Source: Allobaculum fili (GTDB lineage: Bacteria; Bacillota_I; Bacilli_A; Erysipelotrichales; Erysipelotrichaceae). From it: a stretch of 17,060 bases of DNA. A program made the position numbers and the translations under genes. This document shows positions 1-8,020 of the stretch, one piece after another. The stretch lies in NCBI RefSeq assembly GCF_020969955.1, contig NZ_JAHDSX010000048.1:1-17060 (forward strand), given 5' to 3'. The notes below the pieces were generated by a model. That model saw nothing but the letters and a program-made list of their open reading frames with translations. It had not been told where the DNA came from and ran no database searches. Numbering within the stretch: position 1 is the first letter of the stretch; the number at the start of each line of letters is the position of its first letter.

Positions 1-1
1 C

Positions 2-35
2 AGGATGATTTTTTCAACAGGTAGAAAATCATCCT
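2..35 (+). other. Perfect 11-bp palindromic hairpin at the outer edge of the repeat (terminator-like on the + strand)
   Basis: aggatgatttt (2..12) pairs perfectly with aaaatcatcct (25..35) around a 12-nt loop, followed by tttt then cg. Function is unknown; it could be a terminator or a transposon-end structure. Confidence 0.6.
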
Positions 36-128
36 TTTCGTCATGCCTGAGACGCAAAATATAAGAAATAACAACGCTCATGAACAGGGTATACGATTTT
101 TATCCCTCCTTAACTTAATGACATTGGG
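2..128. repeat. Left copy of an inverted repeat of at least 127 bp; probable end of a multi-copy (IS-like) element
   Basis: Position p on the left pairs with 17062-p on the right. 2..128 is the reverse complement of 16934..17060 with one mismatch (left 70 = a, right 16992 = c). Identity stops at 128/129 and 16933/16934. The repeat reaches both window edges, so its true length is unknown. Confidence 0.95.
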
Positions 129-202
129 ATTTAAGCAGAAAAAAAGGCCTGTCCAACGGTCTGGATCTTGGCCGGCTCAACTGGGGCAACTACGATCTGG
201 TC

Positions 203-2377
203 GTGATTGATGAATCACACAATTTCAGAAACGGCATTGGAACTCATGCCAATACCCATGAGAATCGCTATCAGATGTTGATGGACAAAGTGATCAAAGC
301 CGGTGTCAGAACCAAAGTGCTGATGCTGAGCGCGACTCCTGTCAATAACAGATTTACCGATCTGAAGAACCAGCTTGCCATTGCTTATGAAGGCGAATCG
401 GAACAGCTGGATGAAAAGTTGAATACAATCAAGACAATCGACGAGATTTTTTCACAGGCACAAAAAGCGTTCAAAACCTGGAGCGAACTTTCACCTCAGT
501 CCCGAACAACCGACACGCTGCTGGGAATGCTTGATTTTGATTTCTTTGAGCTTCTGGACAGCGTGACCATTGCAAGATCCAGAAAGCATATTGAAAAGTA
601 TTACAACACAGAAGCGATTGGCAAATTCCCAACACGGTTGAAGCCAGTTTCCCTGCGGCCCAGTCTGACGAAAAAGAAGAACGCCATCAACTATTCGGAA
701 ATTTATGAAACTCTGAACCAGCTGCTTTTGACGGTCTATACTCCATCAAACTTCATTTTCCCCAGCAAGCTCCATAAGTACGCAGAGCTCTCAGGCGGCG
801 GTGGCAATAACCTGACCCAGATTGGTCGGGAGCGCGGAGTTCAGAGACTGATGAGCATTAACCTTCTGAAGCGGCTGGAAAGCTCTGTTCACTCTTTTTA
901 TCTGACTGTGAACAAGATTCTCCAAACGATCAATACCAGCATCGAGAAAGTCAACCGATTTGAGGCAGCAGGTATTGGCAGCGTAAAAGAAGCTGAAACA
1001 GGCGACACTTATGACTTTGATATCGACGATACCAATGAGGACATATTTACCATAGGCGGAAAAGTCGATATTGATCTGCGGGATATGGATTACAAATCCT
1101 GGCGCGAAGAACTGCAGCAGGATCGGGATACCCTGGAACTGCTCATTTCCATGGTTCAGGATATTACCCCTGAATATGATCTCAAGCTGCAGACACTCGA
1201 GCATCTAGTGGAAGAAAAAATCAGCCATCCAATCAATCCGGGAAACAAGAAGCTGCTCATCTTCTCGGCATTTGCAGATACTGCAGAATACCTTTACGAA
1301 CAGCTCGCCCCTGTATTGAAGAGAAAATACGGTCTGAATACAGCAATGGTCACTGGCTCTGTTGAAGGAAAGTCAACCATCAAAGGACTGAAGCCAGAAC
1401 TGAATAATATTCTGACTTGCTTCTCACCAATTTCAAAAGACAGAGATGTACTGATGCCAGGATCAACGGATGAGATTGACGTTCTGATCGCCACCGACTG
1501 TATCTCTGAAGGTCAGAATCTTCAGGACTGTGACTATCTGGTGAACTATGACATTCACTGGAATCCGGTGCGCATCGTTCAGAGATTTGGCCGTGTTGAC
1601 CGCATTGGAAGCAGGAATGAGTTTATCCAGCTTGTAAACTTCTGGCCAGATATGGAATTGGATGACTATATCAACCTGAAATCCAGAGTTGAAACGCGGA
1701 TGAAGATCTCCATCATGACATCCACAGGGGATGATGATCTGATCAACGAAGAAGAAAAAGGTGACCTGGAGTATCGGAAACAGCAGCTTAAAAAACTCCA
1801 GGAAGAAGTTGTGGACATTGAAGACATGTCCAGCGGCGTTTCGATTATGGACCTTGGGTTAAATGAGTTTCGAATGGATCTTCTCGAATATGTTAAGACT
1901 CATCCGAGTCTGGAAAACAAGCCTTACGGACTTCGCGCCGTTGTCGCAGCCAGTAAAGACAATCCAGAGGGCGTGATCTTCATCCTTCGAAACGTCAACA
2001 ACAATGTGAATATCGACAACCGCAACCGAATCCATCCCTACTACATGGTCTATATGGGTGAAGATGGAGAAGTGGTCTGTGATTATCTGAATCCTAAAAG
2101 CCTGCTGGATCGCGTGAGACTTCTTTGCAGAAACAAAAGTGAACCAATTGTATCGCTCTGTCAGAAAGTCAATAAAGAAACAGACGATGGAAAAGACATG
2201 TCGGATATCTCGATGATGCTGAATGAATCAATCTCATCCATAATTGACCTGAAAGAAGAAAGCGACCTGGACAGCCTTTTCTCTGCAGGAGGCACTTCCG
2301 CCCTTCTTTCAGATGTAAGCGGTCTCGATGATTTTGAACTGGTCTGCTTTCTGGTTGTGAAAAAGGAGGATGACTAA
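203..2377 (+). CDS. SNF2-family (DEAD/DEAH-like) helicase, 5'-truncated fragment lacking motif I
   Basis: Motif II VVIDESHNFRN lies at the very start of the ORF. Further motifs: III LMLSATPVNN, IV KLLIFSAF, V VLIATDCISEGQNLQDC, VI WNPVRIVQRFGRVDRIGS. The frame is open back only to a TGA at 119..121, and helicase-like sequence (LSNGLDLGRLNWGNYDLVVIDESH) begins at the repeat boundary (129). No Walker A/motif I is present. GTG 203 is only the first possible start in the track. Confidence 0.85.
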   Translation: MIDESHNFRNGIGTHANTHENRYQMLMDKVIKAGVRTKVLMLSATPVNNRFTDLKNQLAIAYEGESEQLDEKLNTIKTIDEIFSQAQKAFKTWSELSPQSRTTDTLLGMLDFDFFELLDSVTIARSRKHIEKYYNTEAIGKFPTRLKPVSLRPSLTKKKNAINYSEIYETLNQLLLTVYTPSNFIFPSKLHKYAELSGGGGNNLTQIGRERGVQRLMSINLLKRLESSVHSFYLTVNKILQTINTSIEKVNRFEAAGIGSVKEAETGDTYDFDIDDTNEDIFTIGGKVDIDLRDMDYKSWREELQQDRDTLELLISMVQDITPEYDLKLQTLEHLVEEKISHPINPGNKKLLIFSAFADTAEYLYEQLAPVLKRKYGLNTAMVTGSVEGKSTIKGLKPELNNILTCFSPISKDRDVLMPGSTDEIDVLIATDCISEGQNLQDCDYLVNYDIHWNPVRIVQRFGRVDRIGSRNEFIQLVNFWPDMELDDYINLKSRVETRMKISIMTSTGDDDLINEEEKGDLEYRKQQLKKLQEEVVDIEDMSSGVSIMDLGLNEFRMDLLEYVKTHPSLENKPYGLRAVVAASKDNPEGVIFILRNVNNNVNIDNRNRIHPYYMVYMGEDGEVVCDYLNPKSLLDRVRLLCRNKSEPIVSLCQKVNKETDDGKDMSDISMMLNESISSIIDLKEESDLDSLFSAGGTSALLSDVSGLDDFELVCFLVVKKEDD

Positions 2378-3066
2378 TGCTCGGCCTGCCAAAAACAACA
2401 GAATTCAATAAACGAATTCCAAAGAAGAAATTCTACGAGCAGCTTGAGGTTACTCCTGAGACTAAGCGGGTCTTTGTCGACCAGATCAAAAACATTATCT
2501 GGAGAAATAAGATCGCTCCATCCACTGCCAATATTGCTGCTGGCGAGAAAGTGAATGAAATCGAAGTTTTTGAGGTTCAGTTAGCCTCTAAGGATCTCGA
2601 TGAAAAAGTCCTGAAACTGATCGACCAGGGAATTCCCTATCACATTGTTTTTGTTCTCCATCATGAAAAGCAGATCCAAATCTGGACAGCATTCAAGGAA
2701 GCAAAAAACAAAGAAGAGACGGCCTACAAGGTAGCTGCCTACTACCATACGGATTGGATGCCTGAAGACTCTTTCAGCGTTGAACTCAAAGGCATAAATA
2801 TGAACCAGATTTATGAAAGTCTGGTAAGGGAGATTGCTGGCGATTCACTGTTAGGCAATGAAGAAGAAAGCCTAGAAGAATCTGTCGATCGGACAAATGA
2901 AATAAAATACCTGGAGAAAAAGATCGAGAAACTGCAGGCAAAGATGAGAAAGGAAAAGCAGTTCAATAAAAAGGTGAAACTCAATGATGAGTTGAAGCAT
3001 CTGAAATCAGAATTGCGTAAATTTGAATATGGAAAAGATGAAAATGGAGACTGCCGATTTATTTGA
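2377..3066 (+). CDS. DUF4391-like protein with a C-terminal coiled coil
   Basis: 229-aa ORF. Its ATG overlaps the helicase stop (TAATG) and is preceded by AAGGAGG. The N-terminal pattern LPKTTEFNKRIPKKKFYE...IEVFEVQL...LIDQGIPYHIVFVL matches my recollection of DUF4391 proteins found next to SNF2 helicases and Mod/Res genes. The family call is from memory, not from a search. Confidence 0.7.
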   Translation: MLGLPKTTEFNKRIPKKKFYEQLEVTPETKRVFVDQIKNIIWRNKIAPSTANIAAGEKVNEIEVFEVQLASKDLDEKVLKLIDQGIPYHIVFVLHHEKQIQIWTAFKEAKNKEETAYKVAAYYHTDWMPEDSFSVELKGINMNQIYESLVREIAGDSLLGNEEESLEESVDRTNEIKYLEKKIEKLQAKMRKEKQFNKKVKLNDELKHLKSELRKFEYGKDENGDCRFI

Positions 3067-4897
3067 ATCAAATGTTAAAAAGATTGGCGATCTTTTTCCA
3101 GAAGCCATAACTGAATCCTTTGATAACGAAGGAAAAACCCGAAAATCTATAGATTTTGAAATACTGAAAGAATTGCTCTCAGGAAGTATTGCTGAAGGAA
3201 ACGAGACATATACTTTTACCTGGCCAGGAAAGAAGAAAGCATTAGCGCAGGCTCATTCCCCGATTCGAAAAACGTTGCGACCTCTACCTGAAGAAGGAGT
3301 GGATTGGGAACATGCTAAAAACCTATACATTGAAGGGGACAATCTGGATGTTCTCAAACTTCTCCAGGAAAGTTACTTAAATCGAATCAAGATGATCTAT
3401 ATTGATCCTCCCTATAATACGGGACACGATTTTCTCTACAGAGATACATTTGAATCTTCAAAAATACAGTTTGAGGAAAAGATAGAAGCTGTCTCAGAGG
3501 ATAGAGACCGACTGATCCGAAATTTGGAGACCAACGGTCGGTTTCATTCAGACTGGTGTTCAATGATATACCCGAGACTGATCTTGTCTAGAAATCTTCT
3601 GACTGAAGATGGTGTGATTTTTATCAGCATTGACGATAATGAGCAGGAAAATTTAAGGAAGATTTGTGATGAAGTTTTCGGTGAACAGAATTTTGTCGCT
3701 CAGCTTATCTGGGAAAGAGCTTATGCTCCGAAAAATGATGCAAAGTACATTTCGAATAGTCATGACTACATTCTTATGTACTCAAAAAATCTGGATAATT
3801 TTAAAATAGGACGTCTTCCGCGAACGGAAGAAGCCAATGCACGTTATGCGAATCCAGATAACGACCCTAGAGGACCGTGGAAACCAAGTGATCTGTCGGT
3901 AAAAACCTATAATGCTGAATCTGACTATCCAATCACCCTGCCTTCCGGCAGGGTGGTAGAGCCTCCAGCAGGACGCTGCTGGAGTCTCTCCAAAAATAAA
4001 TTTTTGGAGAGACTCCAGGATAACCGCATCTGGTTTGGAGCCAAAGGAGATTCCGTTCCCAGTATGAAACGATTTCTTTCTGAGTTGAAATTTGATGGAA
4101 TGGCTCCCACTTCAATTATGTTTTACAAAGATGTCGGTCACAGTCAGGAAGGTGCGAAAGAAACATCTGCATTATTGGGTGGTGGATACTTCGATGGCCC
4201 AAAACCAGTCAGACTCTTGAAACGGTTGATGACGCTTGCAAACCTGAAAGAAGATTCGATTGTATTAGATTTCTTTTCTGGTTCAGCCTCTCTTGCTCAG
4301 GCAGTGATGGAAATAAATCGTGAAAGTGGCAAGACAATCCAGTATATCTTGGTTCAGATACCAGAAACAGTAGATTCCAAAAGCAAAGCCTATGAGGCGG
4401 GTTATCGAACGATTTGCGATATAGGAATCGATCGAATCAAGAAGGCCACAGGTAAGATTTATAAAGATAATACTCTACTTGGCGAAATTGTTCCTGGTTT
4501 TCGTGTCTTTGAGCTGGCTAGTTCGAACATGAAAGATATTTACTACTCTCCAAACGACTACCAGCAATACTTTCTCTCAATGACTGAATCCAATATAAAG
4601 GAGGATCGTACGGACCTGGATCTTCTTTTTGGTTGTCTTCTTGATTGGGGTCTGGAGTTATCAAAGCCCTACAAATCAGAAGAGATCACTGGTGTCTCTG
4701 TTCACACCTATGATGAAAATGCTTTGGTGGCCTGCTTTGCAGAAAACGTTCCTGAAGAAGTGGTTCGAGAGATCGCTAAACGTCAGCCGCTTCGCGCTGT
4801 TTTCCGGGACAGCAGCTTTGGAGACGATGCCGCTAGAGTAAATGTTGGAGAAATCTTCAAACTTCTCTCACCGGATACAGAAGTCAAAGTGCTGTAG
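3029..4897 (+). CDS. mod: Type III-like N6-adenine DNA methyltransferase (Mod, beta-class)
   Basis: Motif IV IYIDPPYNTG (DPPY at 3404..3415) comes before the AdoMet motif I-like LDFFSGSASLAQAV (about 4268..4303), which is the beta-class order typical of Type III Mod. A long variable region between them is a candidate target-recognition domain. The start is ambiguous (TTG 3023; ATG 3029, 3038, 3044), and the gene overlaps the end of the DUF4391-like gene. Confidence 0.88.
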   Translation: MEKMKMETADLFESNVKKIGDLFPEAITESFDNEGKTRKSIDFEILKELLSGSIAEGNETYTFTWPGKKKALAQAHSPIRKTLRPLPEEGVDWEHAKNLYIEGDNLDVLKLLQESYLNRIKMIYIDPPYNTGHDFLYRDTFESSKIQFEEKIEAVSEDRDRLIRNLETNGRFHSDWCSMIYPRLILSRNLLTEDGVIFISIDDNEQENLRKICDEVFGEQNFVAQLIWERAYAPKNDAKYISNSHDYILMYSKNLDNFKIGRLPRTEEANARYANPDNDPRGPWKPSDLSVKTYNAESDYPITLPSGRVVEPPAGRCWSLSKNKFLERLQDNRIWFGAKGDSVPSMKRFLSELKFDGMAPTSIMFYKDVGHSQEGAKETSALLGGGYFDGPKPVRLLKRLMTLANLKEDSIVLDFFSGSASLAQAVMEINRESGKTIQYILVQIPETVDSKSKAYEAGYRTICDIGIDRIKKATGKIYKDNTLLGEIVPGFRVFELASSNMKDIYYSPNDYQQYFLSMTESNIKEDRTDLDLLFGCLLDWGLELSKPYKSEEITGVSVHTYDENALVACFAENVPEEVVREIAKRQPLRAVFRDSSFGDDAARVNVGEIFKLLSPDTEVKVL

Positions 4898-4906
4898 GTG
4901 ACTTTT

Positions 4907-7900
4907 ATGAAGATCAAATATAAGCACCAAAAATTTCAGGCAGATGCTGCTAAGGCAGTCGTTGATGTTTTCAAAGATCAGCCATATTCAACCCCCTCCT
5001 ATATGATCGACCAGGGTAAAAGAGACCTTACTCTGTTCGAGAATTTAGAGGGGTACGATGATTCGATGGGATGGAATAACGCTAAAATCATCCCAGCTCT
5101 TTCCGATAAGATCATCCTGGATAGAATCAACAAAATCCAGAGAAATGGGCAGATAAAGCCTTCAGATAAACTAGTCGATCGCTCTAACGGCTATAACCTG
5201 TCAATCGAAATGGAAACAGGTGTCGGTAAAACATACACCTACATTAAAACAATGTATGAACTAAACAAGGCCTATGGCTGGAGCAAGTTCATTGTTGTGG
5301 TTCCAAGCATCGCAATTCGTGAAGGTGTCTACAAAAGCTTCCAGACAACTCAGGACCATTTCGCTGAAGAATATGGCAAGAAGATCCGCTTCTTCGTCTA
5401 TAACTCTTCACAGCTTTCTGAGATTGATCATTTTGCTTCTGACAGCTCGATCAACGTCATGATCATCAATGCCCAAGCATTCAACGCTACAGGCAAAGAT
5501 GCCAGACGCATTTATATGGAATTGGATGAATTTCGTTCACGCCGCCCCATTGATGTGATCGCAAAGACGAATCCAATTCTGATTATTGATGAGCCGCAGT
5601 CGGTTGAGGGGAAGAAAACGAAAGAGAAGCTTAAAGAATTCAATCCTTTGATGACTCTTCGTTATTCTGCTACTCACAAGGATCCTTACAACATGATTTA
5701 TCGGCTGGATGCGATTGAAGCTTATAATCAGCGTCTGGTAAAGAAAATTGCTGTAAAAGGAATCTCTGAAACAGGAACAACAGCAACAAACAGTTTTGTT
5801 TACCTGGAAGGCGTGAATGTCTCCAAGAAAAACCCAACCGCGACCATTCAATTCGATGTAAAGATGAAGAATGGAACAAAACCCAAAAGCCGAATCGTTA
5901 ATGAAGGAGATAATCTCTTTGAATATTCTGGCGGGCTGGAAGAATACCGGGATGGTTTTGTCGTAAAGAGAATTGATGGCCGGGATAACCACATTGAGTT
6001 TCTCAATGGCCTGACCCTATATGCGGGAGATGTTGTTGGGAAGATTGATGAAGATCAGCTGCGCAGGATCCAGATTCGCGAAACCATTCTGACTCATCTC
6101 GAAAGAGAGCAAGAACTTTTCTACAAAGGAATCAAGGTTCTGAGTCTTTTCTTCATCGATGAGGTGGACCATTACCGAATCTACAACAAAGTTGGTGAAG
6201 CGGAGAATGGCAAGTTTGCCGATATGTTTGAAGAGGAATATGACATTGCTGTCAGTGCTCTTCGGGAGCAGCTTGATGATCAGGATGAATATGCCAAATA
6301 TCTTGATGCCATTACCGCTTCCCAGACTCACTCCGGTTACTTTTCCATCGATAAAAAAGGTCACCTCTCAAATGGAAAGATCAACAAACGTGAAGGGGTG
6401 TCAGAAGATACATCAGCCTATGATCTGATCATGAAGAATAAAGAGCTTCTGCTGGATCGTGATCCAAAGAAATCACCTGTTCGTTTTATTTTTTCCCATT
6501 CCGCGCTGCGTGAAGGATGGGACAACCCGAATGTTTTTCAGATCTGTACGTTGAAACAAAGCAGCAGCGAGATCCGAAAGCGTCAGGAAGTCGGACGTGG
6601 TCTTCGTCTTTGCGTTAATGATAATGGAGAACGAATGGACGCGAACGTTCTGGGAGATGATGTTCAGAATGTGAATCTGCTGACTGTAATTGCTTCTGAA
6701 AGTTATGACTCTTTTGCCAAAGGACTTCAGTCAGAAATGGCAGAAGATGTTTCCGACCGTCCACGCAAAGTTACCACAGATCTCTTTGCCAATAAAATCA
6801 TTCGCGATGTGAATGGCGATGAACAGGTTGTTACGCCCGACCTGGCGCGAATCATTTACAACAACATGATTCGCAATGATTACATCGATGATGAAGGTGT
6901 TCTTACAGACAAATACTATTCAGACAAGAAAAATGGAACAGTCCAGGTTCCGGAGAAGCTGAAGGACAGTCAGGACTCTATCGTTAAGATTCTCGATTCC
7001 ATTTATGATCCGCGTGTAACGACTCCAGAAAATGGACGATCGAATAATGTGACTTTGAAGGTTGATAAGAGAAAACTGGCGTCTACAGAGTTTAAGAATC
7101 TGTGGAAACAGATTAATCAGAAAACGATTTATACAGTGAACTTTGACTCGGATGAACTTGTCGAAAAATCAATCGCTTCCCTGGATGAACACCTGCAGGT
7201 AGCAAAGGTATTCTTTCGAATTGAAACAGGAAGGATGGACCACATTGAGGATCGTGAACAGCTTGCAACGGGTCAAGCATTTGCTAAGGATCAAACCAGA
7301 AATATCAAAATTTCAGCTTCATCTTCCCAGAACGTGAAATATGATCTGGTTGGTAAAATCGTAGAAGACACCGGATTGACTCGAAAAACGATTATTCGAA
7401 TCCTTCAGGGAATTAAGCCTGAAACGTTCAATCAGTTCAAAGAGAATCCGGAAGATTTCGTCATTAAGGCATCGTCTTTGATCAATGATCAAAAAGCCAC
7501 AGCAATCATCCAGCACATTACCTACGATCTGCTCGATGAAGCTTACGATACAGATATCTTCACGGATGCGACAATCAAGGGTCAGCTTGGCAAGAATGCC
7601 ATGAAAACTCAGAAACATCTTTTTGATCATCTGGTTTTCGATTCGGATAATGAGAAGAAGTTTGCGTCTGACCTGGACACCAGTGATGAAGTGGCTGTTT
7701 ATGTTAAACTGCCGAATTCATTCTTTATCTCCACACCAGTTGGAAAATACAATCCAGACTGGGCGATTGCTTTCTATGAAGGAAACGTCAAACACATTTA
7801 TTTCGTCGCGGAAACAAAGGGGTCCATGAATTCTTTGCAGCTGCGAGAAGTTGAGAAATCAAAAATTGAATGTGCCAGAGAGCATTTCAAAGCAATTTCT

Positions 7901-7966
7901 GGAAAGAATGTCGTTTACGATGTAGTTGACAGCTACCAGTCACTGATGGATAAAGTGATGAAATAA
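4907..7966 (+). CDS. res: Type III restriction enzyme Res subunit (SF2 helicase plus C-terminal PD-(D/E)XK nuclease)
   Basis: Walker A METGVGKTYT, motif II ILIIDEPQS (5588..5599), motif III LRYSATH. The C-terminal nuclease signature is YNPDWAIAF...IYFVAETKG (ETK at 7811..7819). ATG 4907 is preferred over GTG 4898 because AGGTGA lies 5 nt upstream. The gene starts 10 nt after the mod stop. Confidence 0.9.
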   Translation: MKIKYKHQKFQADAAKAVVDVFKDQPYSTPSYMIDQGKRDLTLFENLEGYDDSMGWNNAKIIPALSDKIILDRINKIQRNGQIKPSDKLVDRSNGYNLSIEMETGVGKTYTYIKTMYELNKAYGWSKFIVVVPSIAIREGVYKSFQTTQDHFAEEYGKKIRFFVYNSSQLSEIDHFASDSSINVMIINAQAFNATGKDARRIYMELDEFRSRRPIDVIAKTNPILIIDEPQSVEGKKTKEKLKEFNPLMTLRYSATHKDPYNMIYRLDAIEAYNQRLVKKIAVKGISETGTTATNSFVYLEGVNVSKKNPTATIQFDVKMKNGTKPKSRIVNEGDNLFEYSGGLEEYRDGFVVKRIDGRDNHIEFLNGLTLYAGDVVGKIDEDQLRRIQIRETILTHLEREQELFYKGIKVLSLFFIDEVDHYRIYNKVGEAENGKFADMFEEEYDIAVSALREQLDDQDEYAKYLDAITASQTHSGYFSIDKKGHLSNGKINKREGVSEDTSAYDLIMKNKELLLDRDPKKSPVRFIFSHSALREGWDNPNVFQICTLKQSSSEIRKRQEVGRGLRLCVNDNGERMDANVLGDDVQNVNLLTVIASESYDSFAKGLQSEMAEDVSDRPRKVTTDLFANKIIRDVNGDEQVVTPDLARIIYNNMIRNDYIDDEGVLTDKYYSDKKNGTVQVPEKLKDSQDSIVKILDSIYDPRVTTPENGRSNNVTLKVDKRKLASTEFKNLWKQINQKTIYTVNFDSDELVEKSIASLDEHLQVAKVFFRIETGRMDHIEDREQLATGQAFAKDQTRNIKISASSSQNVKYDLVGKIVEDTGLTRKTIIRILQGIKPETFNQFKENPEDFVIKASSLINDQKATAIIQHITYDLLDEAYDTDIFTDATIKGQLGKNAMKTQKHLFDHLVFDSDNEKKFASDLDTSDEVAVYVKLPNSFFISTPVGKYNPDWAIAFYEGNVKHIYFVAETKGSMNSLQLREVEKSKIECAREHFKAISGKNVVYDVVDSYQSLMDKVMK

Positions 7967-7974
7967 CAACCAAA

Positions 7975-8014
7975 GGACTGGCTCCTCACTCTTCAGGAGT
8001 CAGCCCTTTTCTTC
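7975..8014 (+). terminator. Rho-independent terminator between the convergent res and recombinase genes
   Basis: A 12-bp stem, 7975..7986 with 7995..8006 (one G-U pair, one mismatch), and an 8-nt loop cactcttc. It is followed by ttttcttcgtt. It is weaker on the minus strand, where the G-U becomes a C-A mismatch. Confidence 0.55.
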
Positions 8015-8020
8015 GTTCTC

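Noticed and set aside
2-128. Treating the terminal inverted repeat purely as a k-mer assembly artefact
   Set aside because: The two copies differ at one base (70 / 16992), which an exact shared k-mer would not allow. The inner boundary also coincides with a real gene truncation. A contig break inside a genuine multi-copy repeat remains likely and is noted in the findings.
3029-4897. Phase-variable simple-sequence repeat in mod
   Set aside because: By eye I found no tetra- or pentanucleotide repeat tract and no long homopolymer in the mod coding sequence or its 5' region.
791-7630. Minus-strand and alternative-frame ORFs inside helicase, mod and res (for example 791..1204, 5537..5992, 6017..6364, 7319..7630)
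   Set aside because: They are embedded in strongly supported + strand genes and show no motifs or ribosome-binding sites.
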